64,000 nucleotides of DNA, taken from assembly GCA_016933575.1 (NCBI GenBank), contig JAFGAR010000028.1:231672-295671 (forward strand). The letters are read 5' to 3'. This DNA comes from Candidatus Thorarchaeota archaeon. GTDB taxonomy: Archaea > Asgardarchaeota > Thorarchaeia > Thorarchaeales > Thorarchaeaceae. Below the pieces are notes generated by a model. The model did not search any database and had not been told where the DNA came from. It worked only from the letters and a program-made list of their open reading frames with translations. Within the stretch, counting starts at the first letter, position 1. Each line of letters begins with the position of its first letter. Positions 11,301-21,548 of the stretch are shown here, one piece after another. The position numbers were made by a program, and so were the translations under genes.

Positions 11301-12488
11301 ATGAGAGACCCAACAGGTTGGATGCGCGACGAGTACAACACACTTGTCGAGCAGAATTTAAACTGGAGAATTCGAGAACTTCAGGGTCCCAGCACCCCGA
11401 AGGCAAAGATTGATGGCAAAGAGGTCATCATGCTTTGCTCTAACAATTATCTGAACCTCAGTAATCACCCAAAACTGAAAGAGGCTGCTCTTAAGGCTAT
11501 CAAATCACATGGCGTTGGTTCAGGCTCTGTCCGTGCCATTGCGGGTACCATGGACCTCCATTTAGAATTGGAACGACGTCTAGCTAAGTTCAAAGGAGCA
11601 GAGGCGTCACTTACCTATAGTGCTGGATTTACCTGCAATGAGGGACTCATCCCACAGCTTGTTGACAAAGAAGATGCTATCATCTCAGATGAATTGAATC
11701 ACGGTTCTATCATCGATGGTGTTCGGCTTACAAAGGCCACACGTTATGTCTACAAGCACAATGATGTCGCAGATCTTGAGAGAGTCCTCAAAGAGGCTGA
11801 GAAAGAGAAGCCTAGAAGGATGCTCCTTATTACTGATGGTGTCTTTTCTATGGATGGAGACATTGCGCCTTTGGATGGTATCGTGAAAGCTGCAAAACCA
11901 TATGGTGCAATGATTTATGTGGACGATGCTCACGGGGAGGCCGTCTTAGGAAAGGGCGGTCGAGGTATTGTTTCGCACTTCAATCTCACCCATAAGGATG
12001 TCCACTTCGAGATGGGTACTTTCTCAAAGGCTTTTGGAGTCATGGGAGGGCACGTGTCAGGAAGTCGTGACATGGTGAATTACGCATTGAACAAGAGCCG
12101 TTCCTGGTTGCTTAGCGCTTCGCACCCACCAGCCACCGCAGCTGCCTGTATTGCAGCAATCGATGTCCTTGAGACCGAGGAGAAACATGTGAAAACACTC
12201 TGGGAGAATCGAGAGTATTTCATTAAGGGTCTCCAACAGATGGGATTTGACACTGGCAATAGCATGACACCAATTATTCCTGCAATGTGTGGTGAGAGCT
12301 CAAAGGCTGTTGCACTCAGTGATGGTCTTGTACAAGAGGGTATCCTCGCACTACCAATAGTCTTCCCAATGGTTTCCCGTGACAAAGCAAGAATCAGGAA
12401 CATAATGAATTCTGGTCTAACAAAAGCCCAATTGGATACTGCTTTAGCAGCCTACGAGAAAGTCGGAAAACGAGCTAAAATCATCTAG
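11301..12488 (+). CDS. kbl: PLP-dependent alpha-oxoamine synthase (glycine C-acetyltransferase / 8-amino-7-oxononanoate synthase family)
   Basis: CSNNYLNL, GSGSVRAIAGT, SDELNHGSIIDG, DGVFSMDGD, DDAHG, GTFSKAFG and ARIR motifs. ATG 11301 preferred over TTG 11262. kbl versus bioF is not certain. Confidence 0.85.
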   Translation: MRDPTGWMRDEYNTLVEQNLNWRIRELQGPSTPKAKIDGKEVIMLCSNNYLNLSNHPKLKEAALKAIKSHGVGSGSVRAIAGTMDLHLELERRLAKFKGAEASLTYSAGFTCNEGLIPQLVDKEDAIISDELNHGSIIDGVRLTKATRYVYKHNDVADLERVLKEAEKEKPRRMLLITDGVFSMDGDIAPLDGIVKAAKPYGAMIYVDDAHGEAVLGKGGRGIVSHFNLTHKDVHFEMGTFSKAFGVMGGHVSGSRDMVNYALNKSRSWLLSASHPPATAAACIAAIDVLETEEKHVKTLWENREYFIKGLQQMGFDTGNSMTPIIPAMCGESSKAVALSDGLVQEGILALPIVFPMVSRDKARIRNIMNSGLTKAQLDTALAAYEKVGKRAKII

Positions 12489-12500
12489 TGGATTATCCTA

Positions 12501-12523
12501 GGACATCTCGATATGAGATGTCC
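12501..12523 (+). terminator. Hairpin followed by a pyrimidine/T tract downstream of kbl
   Basis: ggacatctc-gatat-gagatgtcc, a perfect 9-bp stem, then acttctcgttttttcctcttt. Confidence 0.6.
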
Positions 12524-12657
12524 ACTTCTCGTTTTTTCCTCTTTAATTTGTAAGATATCATATGTAGAAGAGTATGATGTACACGGTCCTACTTCTATCT
12601 CCTTTTTTGTCCTTCGAGAGCTAATGCTTATCACTATCAATTACATTATGTAAGCCC

Positions 12658-12894
12658 ATGTCTGAAGTCCAGAAAGATTACACACTCAGAAGTATCTTGC
12701 AGAATGCATCAAAGAGTGGCGACCGTCTAAGATTTTTTGGACCAGGAATGATGATTGTAGCTGAAGGTCGTGTTGCTTTCGTTGGGAAAGAGGTTGTTGC
12801 CATCAGACATGGTGATACCGACGATCCTGACGAATTCGTTAACCTAGAATGCATCATCAAGGTCCAGGTATTGGGTGAATACCGTCATTATTGA
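12658..12894 (+). CDS. Small hypothetical protein, possible Sm-like/SH3 beta-barrel
   Basis: 78-aa ORF with ATG start filling an intergenic gap; an N-terminal helix is followed by about five short beta-strand-like segments. Confidence 0.55.
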   Translation: MSEVQKDYTLRSILQNASKSGDRLRFFGPGMMIVAEGRVAFVGKEVVAIRHGDTDDPDEFVNLECIIKVQVLGEYRHY

Positions 12895-12917
12895 TGATAG
12901 TGCATCTTAGATGGTGA

Positions 12918-14087
12918 TCATATTCCACCATAGACTAGTAGAATATAGAGCATCATCACGAACACTGCAATCATCGCGACTGACTCTAATGCATTGATCT
13001 TTGCATCATCTGTGATCATGACCCGTAGTATGAACATTGTCGGGAAGGCAAAGAGCAACAAGACAACTGAATAGAGTTCAATGGGCAATATCTCAAGACC
13101 AAGATGCAGTGGGTCAAAGAAACCAATGATACCGGATGCTATCATTGTAAACCCAAATATGACAAAGAATACCTGAACGATACCCCCAAAGGCATTACTT
13201 AGTGCAATCTCAAGCTCCTTCTTTCGATGACTGCTTGCAACGATGATATATTCAGGGGTTCCACCGAAGATAACAAGCAAAAGAGCGGCATGGATGATAG
13301 GTAATCCAATCTCATCGATGGCAAAATGTGCAAATGATGAGAGTGCCTCACCCCCAAGCAGTGCACCGATAGAGGCAATGACTAGATAGACTCCGACAGT
13401 TGACTTTGGTAATTGTTCATGTTCAATCTCGCATGCAATATGAGGGTCTTGAGATGATGAATCGCAGTGCCCATAGTATTTGGTGATGCGATAGAGATAA
13501 GCGATGAAGACAACAACTAGACATACACCAAAGAGGAGTAACTCGCCGCTATCAAGAAATTGCGGAATTAAGATATTTGTTGATGACATTGGGAATAGGT
13601 GAACAAGCATCATCGACAGACCTACAGAGAGTGATATGACTGAACCCATGCTGAGTAGGTCTGATCCCACATGTTGAATTGCATCTGGAAGTTGATAGTT
13701 GCCATACTCATCCTTTGGAAGGACTAGTGTGTAGAGAGCAAATACGAGGGAGTTCGTAAAGATAGTTGCAAGAGCAAGAATCCAAGCCATTTCATACTGT
13801 CCGCTAAGGATCAGAAAAGTAAGCACAGAGAGTTCAGGGATGGTACTTGCGATGCTTGCGTAAATTCCTGAAACATAATCGGTCAAGTGCATGTTATGAG
13901 CAATGCCTTCAACAGATAAGACAAAAGCTTCGCAGGCTCCAGCAATTATCATGATACCTCCAATCAATTCAAGGTAGGGAACAATGGCTTCCGGAAGGAT
14001 ATGTAGACTAAGTGATTCGAGGAGGAGTAATGGAGCTACAATAGCTATTCCAATGACATATGATAGTTGCCAGAGTTTGAGTTTCAC
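12918..14087 (-). CDS. Ca2+:cation antiporter (CaCA / Na_Ca_ex family)
   Basis: About 11 TM segments with alpha-1 repeat ASTIPEL and alpha-2 repeat GGTPEY ... SNAFG. Confidence 0.85.
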   Translation of the reverse strand: MKLKLWQLSYVIGIAIVAPLLLLESLSLHILPEAIVPYLELIGGIMIIAGACEAFVLSVEGIAHNMHLTDYVSGIYASIASTIPELSVLTFLILSGQYEMAWILALATIFTNSLVFALYTLVLPKDEYGNYQLPDAIQHVGSDLLSMGSVISLSVGLSMMLVHLFPMSSTNILIPQFLDSGELLLFGVCLVVVFIAYLYRITKYYGHCDSSSQDPHIACEIEHEQLPKSTVGVYLVIASIGALLGGEALSSFAHFAIDEIGLPIIHAALLLVIFGGTPEYIIVASSHRKKELEIALSNAFGGIVQVFFVIFGFTMIASGIIGFFDPLHLGLEILPIELYSVVLLLFAFPTMFILRVMITDDAKINALESVAMIAVFVMMLYILLVYGGI

Positions 14088-14153
14088 AATCTCACACCAA
14101 CTCTGAGGCGGGGATTACCCATAATTAAACTTCACTCATGTTTCAATATTATT

Positions 14154-14732
14154 CTAAATATCCTCAGCAAGGACCTTACGAATTATGGTTGTTGCAGTCC
14201 TGCCTAGTGTAGCAATAATGACTTGAATCAAGAATGATATTATGAGAATCCCTAGAGATACTGCGATTCCAAAGAAGCTCAGAGAAGTAAGAGCCAATGC
14301 TGCAAAGAAGTATTTGTAGACAAGCCAATAACCATACACACCCATTATCAGGATGAGTCCTACTGCAAGCCCATAGATTATTACGACCGTCTTTACTCCA
14401 GGTCGATTCAGGTCCACCTCTCCAATTCCTTCACCAATCACACTTTTGCCAATCTTCCTGTTGAATCGAACGAAAAATCCGATTGCGCCAAGAAAGAGAA
14501 AGAGTGTGAGCATCGCACCTCCAAGTAGAAGGAATACTGCTACATCAAACTCAATTGCATCAATAAGTCCAGAGCGACTGATTACATATGCTGCACCAGA
14601 ACCTAGTAACATAATAGCTGCCACAATCTCACCTACTAGAGTAAGTGTGGCAGTCCCTCTGAAGAGAGAGCCAACATCGAGCATTTCTATATCTTCAGCA
14701 ACATCTTCAGTTCTTGGAGTATCATCAGACAT
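14154..14732 (-). CDS. Hypothetical membrane protein (4 TM)
   Basis: 192 aa with four long hydrophobic segments. Confidence 0.75.
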   Translation of the reverse strand: MSDDTPRTEDVAEDIEMLDVGSLFRGTATLTLVGEIVAAIMLLGSGAAYVISRSGLIDAIEFDVAVFLLLGGAMLTLFLFLGAIGFFVRFNRKIGKSVIGEGIGEVDLNRPGVKTVVIIYGLAVGLILIMGVYGYWLVYKYFFAALALTSLSFFGIAVSLGILIISFLIQVIIATLGRTATTIIRKVLAEDI

Positions 14733-14859
14733 ACATATTCCCTCTGCATCAATTTGTAAGTGATACTAAAAAGTGAGGCTCATAAAAGCTTGTAGTTTCA
14801 TTATTTCAACATTGCGACAAATTCAAAATGAATCTTTTAGGATTGGAACATGAAGTACA

Positions 14860-15381
14860 ATGCCAAACTACCTTAATGACCTGCCTTCAGGACCAAATCC
14901 ACCAAGTGAAATCTATGTAATAGTAGAATTAACAAGAGCTAGTAAGAATAAATACGAATATGATAGTGAGAAGAATGTATTCAAACTAGATAGAGTTCTC
15001 TACACATTTGCTCCCTTTGACTACGGATTCATACCTCGAACTCTTGACCAAGATGGCGATCCACTTGATGTAGTCCTTTTAATTTCAGAACCCACCTTTA
15101 CAGGATGCCTTGTGAAAGCGAGACCAATTGGTGTGATGGAGATGGATGATTCAGGCCATATTGATGATAAGATAATTGCAGTTCCAATGAATGAGCCATA
15201 TTACCGTGATGTCAAGAATCTCATGGATCTCCCTCGAAGTAGAATAGACGAACTCAAACACTTCTATGCGACCTATAAGATTCAAGAAGGTGGACATACA
15301 GAGATAAAGGAATTCAGAGAATTAGGAGATGCGTACACGACAATAAATCGGTGTATCGCAGATTATGAGAAACAGGACTGA
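14860..15381 (+). CDS. ppa: Family I inorganic pyrophosphatase
   Basis: NKYEYD, DRVL, DYGFIPRTL, DGDPLDV and DDKIIAV motifs. Confidence 0.95.
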   Translation: MPNYLNDLPSGPNPPSEIYVIVELTRASKNKYEYDSEKNVFKLDRVLYTFAPFDYGFIPRTLDQDGDPLDVVLLISEPTFTGCLVKARPIGVMEMDDSGHIDDKIIAVPMNEPYYRDVKNLMDLPRSRIDELKHFYATYKIQEGGHTEIKEFRELGDAYTTINRCIADYEKQD

Positions 15382-15460
15382 TGCTCGAAGCAGCCGGACC
15401 AAAACTGTCTAAAGAGCTTTCAAAATTCCTTGGAGAACCAATTTGAATGAGTGATTTCAC

Positions 15461-16114
15461 ATGACTATGAAGATTAAATGCAGGGCAGTAATTTTTGATT
15501 TCGATGGAACATTAGCAGATAGCATGCCCTTCTTAGAGAGTATTGGCGTAGAGGTCATGATGAAGTACTTCAAGGTCTCAAGACAAGAAGCCACTGAGTG
15601 CTATAGGTCCACAACAGGTCTACCATATGAACATCAGATTAAGATGAACTTTCCAAATCACTCGAAAAATGTAGAAGCAATTGAAGAGTTCGAGAAGATG
15701 AAGATAGAGCGTATCTTCGAGCAGCAGTTATTTCCGGATGCAATAGACACAGTCAAAGAACTGAATGCAAGAGGACTTGACATCTTTGTTTCTTCATCTA
15801 CTTTCCAACCCACGATTGAGGAGTATTTCAGACGACGAGGCATTCTGGAATTATTCAGAGGCATACTAGGGTATAGACCGGGATTTGAGAAGGGAGCAGA
15901 CCATTTCCGTCACATCGAAAAGGAATACAATGTGCCATTCAAGGATATGGTATTTGTAGGTGACTCATTGAAAGACTATGAACGTTCGAAGGGATTCTGT
16001 AAATTCATTGCACTTAGTAGGATGTTCACTCTAGAGGATTTCGAGAAACTGGGGTATAAGGGACCTGTTGTCTTTCAACTATCAGAAATTCCAAGCAACC
16101 TTCAAACAGGATAA
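15461..16114 (+). CDS. HAD-superfamily hydrolase
   Basis: FDFDGTLAD motif I, SSS motif II, VFVGDSLKD motif IV. Confidence 0.9.
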   Translation: MTMKIKCRAVIFDFDGTLADSMPFLESIGVEVMMKYFKVSRQEATECYRSTTGLPYEHQIKMNFPNHSKNVEAIEEFEKMKIERIFEQQLFPDAIDTVKELNARGLDIFVSSSTFQPTIEEYFRRRGILELFRGILGYRPGFEKGADHFRHIEKEYNVPFKDMVFVGDSLKDYERSKGFCKFIALSRMFTLEDFEKLGYKGPVVFQLSEIPSNLQTG

Positions 16115-16228
16115 TTTAGGAAACTTATCTCAGAGCATCTAGATTGCTTCATTGCCTTATATTTCTTGGAACAGAGGGTTTTTCTTCATAAGCACCAATG
16201 ATAGCTAGAATAATTTGGAGTCAGGCGG

Positions 16229-17089
16229 ATGATGCATTCCAAAGGAGTAATCCTTGGTGCTATGATTTTCCTCGCTGCAGTTGTTTCTTCACTATCACAT
16301 GCACCAGCGGTTAGTGCAGACATGATTATCATGACGAGTTTGTATGAGGGATCATCTATCCATAATGGTACTCATGTTTACATGCCTGAAGCCAATGTGA
16401 GTATTTTCATAAAGAACCAAGGTTCTATTTTCACAAATCTGCAAGCTGAATTTCAACTAGTGACGAACACGACTCAGAATGTAACTCTCGGATTTGTCCT
16501 TCCGCGAATATCAAGTTACACAGTTAATGGTCCGTCAAATCTCACAATAAGTGCAAATAGCACAGAGAGGTATTATACCGTCATGCAATGGGATGATCTG
16601 GTTTCAAGTCAAGGCTTTTCTACTGAGTGCATTGATATCTATGGAACATGGCTAGAGCAAGCAGAATTCGCTATCTTTAATCTAGAGATGGAAGCTGATC
16701 ATACAGTTGTATTGACTGTTGTTTCGGATACAGAAATAACGCCTGAATATGCACATGTATTTGAGTATTCATACACAATAGCCAGTGCGCGAACATTTGA
16801 AAATGATACGCATGAAGTAGTCCATATAGAAGTGCTTGAGAACGAACCATTCCTAAATGTAACATTCAGTCCACAAAACTATCTCACGCTATCTAAGGAA
16901 GATATTCGATCTAATGCTCGTTGGGAGTTCGACGTATCAGATTTCAGTACTGATACTGTATCAATGTGGGCTACCATTAGAGAGTATCAACCTTGGGGAT
17001 TAGGACCAAGAAACCTATCCTGGCTAATTTTTCCTGCTGTTGGTATTGTAGTAATTATCACAGCATTGGCAATAAAGAAATGGAGATAA
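16229..17089 (+). CDS. Secreted, C-terminally membrane-anchored beta-rich protein
   Basis: N-terminal signal peptide, many N-x-S/T sequons, C-terminal TM followed by KKWR. Confidence 0.75.
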   Translation: MMHSKGVILGAMIFLAAVVSSLSHAPAVSADMIIMTSLYEGSSIHNGTHVYMPEANVSIFIKNQGSIFTNLQAEFQLVTNTTQNVTLGFVLPRISSYTVNGPSNLTISANSTERYYTVMQWDDLVSSQGFSTECIDIYGTWLEQAEFAIFNLEMEADHTVVLTVVSDTEITPEYAHVFEYSYTIASARTFENDTHEVVHIEVLENEPFLNVTFSPQNYLTLSKEDIRSNARWEFDVSDFSTDTVSMWATIREYQPWGLGPRNLSWLIFPAVGIVVIITALAIKKWR

Positions 17090-17181
17090 TAACTCTAGAA
17101 ATTGCACTTGGTGTAGTCACTATCTCGATTTTCTAGTATGAATACTATCATTCTTTGATGAAATCAATGCAATTAAACGAG

Positions 17182-18150
17182 CTAACTAGCCTCAGCTGTA
17201 ACTGCAGTAGCAGGACCTTGCCCCTTCACCTTATTCATCTGCTCAAGTATCTGTCGAATGTGAGGTACATATTCTTCAGGTACAGTCACCAGATTCTCTT
17301 CAGGGCGTTCTTCCAATACATAAAGTATTTTTTCAAGAGTGTGCTTCTTCATCTGTCTGCACACTGCACCTTCGAAAATGGGAATGATCTTTTTGTCAGG
17401 ATGGTTCTTCTGGAGCTGCTGAATCATACCCATCTCAGTAGCAATTAGAATGACCTTAGACTTGGTCTCTGCTACGGTCTTCGCCATCATACCCGTCGAG
17501 CCAATCATGTCTGCAGCCGTTTGGACCTCAAGTGGACACTCTGGATGCGCGATTGCAAGTGAGTTGGGATATTTTGCTTTCAGCTCCTTCAACATGTCAG
17601 TGTCGAATTTGTCATGGACATAGCAGTGACCTTCCTCATCAAGATCGATAATCTCCACATTGGTATGAGTACGAACATAATCAGCAAGATTTGCGTCTGG
17701 CCCAAAGATTACTCGATTCACGCCGAGCGATTCTACGACTTCTACAGCACTTCCAGATGTACAGATGTAATCAGCCTCTGATTTCGCTGCAGCTGTAGTA
17801 TTGACGTAGACTACGACAGGGACTCCAGGATATTCTTTTTTCTTAGCACATATCTTCTCAGCATCAAGATAGGCAGCAAGAGGACAGAGTGCTCGGGGAT
17901 CTGGAATATAGACAGGAACTTCAGGCGAGAGTATCGCTGCCATCTCAGCCATAAATTTGACACCTGCAAAGATAATCATTTCATAACCATTAGGTTCAGC
18001 AGATTTCCTTGCCAATTGTAGAGAATCACCTACGAAGTCTGCAATCTCCTGAATGTCTATGGTCTGATAATTGTGAGCGAGGATGAGAGCTTTCTTCTCT
18101 TTCTTTAATCGAAGTATTTTCTTCTGAAGCTCGCTGAAGTTTTGGGTCAC
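17182..18150 (-). CDS. nadA: Quinolinate synthase
   Basis: ILAHNYQ, GDSLQLA, GVKFMAE, YVNT, CTS, HPEC, GST motifs and three Fe-S cysteines (CPLA, CYVH, CRQMK). Confidence 0.95.
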   Translation of the reverse strand: MTQNFSELQKKILRLKKEKKALILAHNYQTIDIQEIADFVGDSLQLARKSAEPNGYEMIIFAGVKFMAEMAAILSPEVPVYIPDPRALCPLAAYLDAEKICAKKKEYPGVPVVVYVNTTAAAKSEADYICTSGSAVEVVESLGVNRVIFGPDANLADYVRTHTNVEIIDLDEEGHCYVHDKFDTDMLKELKAKYPNSLAIAHPECPLEVQTAADMIGSTGMMAKTVAETKSKVILIATEMGMIQQLQKNHPDKKIIPIFEGAVCRQMKKHTLEKILYVLEERPEENLVTVPEEYVPHIRQILEQMNKVKGQGPATAVTAEAS

Positions 18151-18314
18151 TATTCACACCTGCTCAAACGTCGAAAATACTACTTTTAATGAAAGCTTAA
18201 TCGGCAAATAGCGACTTCCGTTCAAAGCGATGGCAACTTTTGCCGTATTCACAGGCGGGTCATTTAAGTGGCCTAATAGTTTTTGAACACCATCTCAAAT
18301 CAAAGGAGATACCA

Positions 18315-19367
18315 ATGACGAGAATAGGGGTTATGTCTGGTCAAGAGGCAGGTATGCTTGAAGATGCGCGAAGCATTGTAGATACTCTGAAGGCAAATGG
18401 TACCGACTATGTCATTGATGATAAGCTAGCTGATACCCTAGGTCAAAAAGGTATTCCAGTAAAAAAAATGGATGTAGAAATCCTTGCCATTGTTGGATCA
18501 GACAGATTCCTTCTCAAGACTCTCCTTGAACTTGGACAGACAGATATTCCTATTCTCCCAGTGGCATCAAAAGGACAGCCAGATTTCCTATTTGATGTAC
18601 TAGTGAATAATTTTGAAACTGTGATTGATGACTTGATGGAAGGACATTGGACACGTGAAGAAAAGACTAGACTTGTCGCAGAGATATCAGGGAAAGATAC
18701 TCCCCCTCTTCTGAATGATATTGGAATATTTGCTAGACGTAGTGCTACTCTAATACGATACTCGCTCCTTATCGATGGTGAGCATTTTTGGAAAGATGGA
18801 AGCGATGGTCTTATTGTTGCAACTCCTACCGGAAGCACTGCATATTCTCTAAGTGTTGGAGGTCCTATTGTTCTCAATTCTGCACCGGTCTTCTCAATAA
18901 TACCAGTGAATAGTGTTAATCCTTCAAGAAGACCTCTAGTTGTACCTGAAGATCTGATATTAGAGATTCAGGAACTAACCAGTTCTGTAGCAATAGAAGC
19001 AGTGTTAGATGGGCAGATAAGAAAGAAGATAGATAGCAAGCCAATTAAAATCCGCAAGGCAGATCAAAGTGCGGTCTTCGTAAAATTTGAACTTGAGCGA
19101 GTCGCTGCATTGAGAGGGAAATTGCTAAAGAAATCTGAAACCTCAGAGGACCAAGCTTACGAACTGCCGCCAAGTGCTAAACTTGTATTGAAAGTTCTTG
19201 AATATCAGGAACAACTAAGCCAAAAGGAAATAATAGAGGAAACTATGCTGCCTGCTCGAACTGTACGCTATGCACTATCTCTCTTGATGAGCGAAGGACT
19301 CGTTATTAAACGTCTATCCTTAAGAGATAGTCGCCAGGGTATCTACCAAGTTAAAAAGAAGACATGA
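18315..19367 (+). CDS. nadK: NAD kinase-family protein fused to a C-terminal winged HTH
   Basis: DGLIVATPTGSTAYSLSVGGP and LND motifs; the GGDG motif appears as GSDR. C-terminal LPPSAKLVLKVL ... LPARTVRYALSLL is wHTH-like. AAGGAG RBS before ATG 18315. Confidence 0.8.
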   Translation: MTRIGVMSGQEAGMLEDARSIVDTLKANGTDYVIDDKLADTLGQKGIPVKKMDVEILAIVGSDRFLLKTLLELGQTDIPILPVASKGQPDFLFDVLVNNFETVIDDLMEGHWTREEKTRLVAEISGKDTPPLLNDIGIFARRSATLIRYSLLIDGEHFWKDGSDGLIVATPTGSTAYSLSVGGPIVLNSAPVFSIIPVNSVNPSRRPLVVPEDLILEIQELTSSVAIEAVLDGQIRKKIDSKPIKIRKADQSAVFVKFELERVAALRGKLLKKSETSEDQAYELPPSAKLVLKVLEYQEQLSQKEIIEETMLPARTVRYALSLLMSEGLVIKRLSLRDSRQGIYQVKKKT

Positions 19368-19397
19368 GTCATAATAACAGCTTACGCTAATAAAGGA

Positions 19398-21536
19398 GTG
19401 AATGTATTGAAAGGACCCCCAAAAACGAAACATAAGGAAATCAAAGATATCTTTGACAAAGCATCCGAAGATTTGAAGAATTTATCCAAGGGAAAGAAGA
19501 TATCTGCGGGAGAAGGTCCTTTTGGAGAATCACAAGAATACATCATCTTTGAGTTGGCCAAGGCAACAAATCAATCGACTGAGAATCTAGCTATTGCTTC
19601 AATAGCCAATGACCTGCTCCTAGAAATCTATAGAGATATTCGAGATGAACCCAAACCTGAGGATATTATTTCTGCAATGAACCTGTGTCTCTATGGTTTG
19701 ATCTTTGGTAACTACGACGAGGAAGATTTCCGATATGTCTACAGATATTCACTGAGATATGTAAGAAATCAAGCTCCAATAGAGAAGTGGTTACGAAAAG
19801 CTTTGCTCTTCTTAGCAGCGGTCAATAATGACGGGTTATCCGATATTCTCAAAGAGGCCCGTTTCTGGATTCAATTCCTCGGAGCGCCGCTATTTGGTAC
19901 AGCGTCATTTGTTGAGCCAGGCTCCGAACTCGGATTCGATATCCAATCAATAGTGGACTCAGAAGAATATCGGCTTGTTGATGCAGTAACTCGACATCCA
20001 CAGTACCTCAAAGAAGCAATACAGAATAGGTCATTCTTTGATGCATATCAGGCTTTAGAAGAATGGGCACCTGATGTGATTCTCCAGCAACTCCTAAAAA
20101 CCAAAAGAGAAGAAGTATACAGTAAGGGACAGGATGATATCACTCCTGCTATGTCAGTAGAAGATGCAGTCAAATCAATGACCAAGGTATTTGAAAAAGA
20201 AGAATTCAGAACCAGCAAACAGACAGTCCTTCCAGTGAAACTACAAGAACTCTCGAAACCACCACCGGGAGAAGCTGTTGATCCTGTCATTTTCGAACTC
20301 ATACCTCAAAAGCTCAGAATGGGATTGCTACCAGCTGTAGCTTATTCAACGAAGACTAAACAGATCGAGATCATCTTTCTTGGAGGACCTCGAATAGGAA
20401 GAAGCGGGATTCTGATCAAAACAGACACGAGCGGCATATTGCTTGACTTTGGGCTCTCCGTTGCAAATCATCGAATTCCTGAATGGGTTCCCGAACTTGA
20501 GATGGTCGATACTATCTTGATAAGTCATGCACATCTTGATCATGTCGGTGGACTTCCGGTTCTGTACGAAGATTTCGTAGGAAAATGGTGCTCTGTGGGG
20601 CCAACTGGAGGAATCACAAAAGTCCTACTTGACGATGCTTTGAAAGTGGGTACTCCTTTTCCTCCGCGAAAACACAATCCTCTTGATCTCATTTCGAGAT
20701 ACAACGAAACCAATATACAGAAAGTGATGAAGAATCATGTCAAGCTTGAGTATGGAATAAGCAGTGAGGTAGGACCGGGGATTGTGGTCACTCCCATTGA
20801 TGCATGTCATATTCCAGGTAGTGCAGTCTATTCTATTGACATAGAAGGCGTTAAAATCCTATACACAGGTGATTTCAATATCGATAAGTCAATCTTGTTC
20901 TCTGGAGCAAATCTACCAACAGATGCAGACTATGTCATCTTTGATGGAACATACTATGGCAGAGAGGACTTCAATAGAGAAAAAGTTGCAGACCGATTGA
21001 GTAAGACCATTGCAACACATGGTCCCATTGTCATCCCAAGCTTTGCGGTGGGAAGATCGCAAGAGATCCTGATGATACTAGATGAGCTTGGGATAACTAA
21101 GAATAGGAATGTTATGGTCACCGGTATGGCTGAACAGGTCACCAAATTAGTGGGGGTCTCTGGAAACTGGGACAGCATGAAGAAGAATCAGATTCATCTT
21201 GAAGATGATGATGTTCTAGTAGCAGGAGGCGGGATGATGAGTGGAGGGCTTGCAAGACAGCACTTCAATGAACAGCGAGACAATCCAAAAGCTGCGATCA
21301 TTCTGTGTGGGTATCTAGCACCAAGAACATCGGGATGGAATCTTCTCCATGGATATGAACCTCATGAGTGTGCTGTTGAATATGCTAGACTAAGCGCACA
21401 TTCATCCTCATCAAATTTGGAGGCATATGTCGATTCTTGCAAAGGAAAACGCTACATGGTCCATACGCCAGTCTTTTCTCAACCAAAGGGAATTACTATT
21501 CCAGATTATAAAGAGAGAGTTGTTATACAAACTTGA
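19398..21536 (+). CDS. Metallo-beta-lactamase / beta-CASP ribonuclease (aCPSF-like) with about 320-aa N-terminal extension
   Basis: LLDFG, SHAHLDHVG, CHIPGS, YTGDF, FAVGRSQE, CGYLA, SAH and VH motifs. Confidence 0.85.
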   Translation: MNVLKGPPKTKHKEIKDIFDKASEDLKNLSKGKKISAGEGPFGESQEYIIFELAKATNQSTENLAIASIANDLLLEIYRDIRDEPKPEDIISAMNLCLYGLIFGNYDEEDFRYVYRYSLRYVRNQAPIEKWLRKALLFLAAVNNDGLSDILKEARFWIQFLGAPLFGTASFVEPGSELGFDIQSIVDSEEYRLVDAVTRHPQYLKEAIQNRSFFDAYQALEEWAPDVILQQLLKTKREEVYSKGQDDITPAMSVEDAVKSMTKVFEKEEFRTSKQTVLPVKLQELSKPPPGEAVDPVIFELIPQKLRMGLLPAVAYSTKTKQIEIIFLGGPRIGRSGILIKTDTSGILLDFGLSVANHRIPEWVPELEMVDTILISHAHLDHVGGLPVLYEDFVGKWCSVGPTGGITKVLLDDALKVGTPFPPRKHNPLDLISRYNETNIQKVMKNHVKLEYGISSEVGPGIVVTPIDACHIPGSAVYSIDIEGVKILYTGDFNIDKSILFSGANLPTDADYVIFDGTYYGREDFNREKVADRLSKTIATHGPIVIPSFAVGRSQEILMILDELGITKNRNVMVTGMAEQVTKLVGVSGNWDSMKKNQIHLEDDDVLVAGGGMMSGGLARQHFNEQRDNPKAAIILCGYLAPRTSGWNLLHGYEPHECAVEYARLSAHSSSSNLEAYVDSCKGKRYMVHTPVFSQPKGITIPDYKERVVIQT

Positions 21537-21548
21537 TTCAAGATTGGA

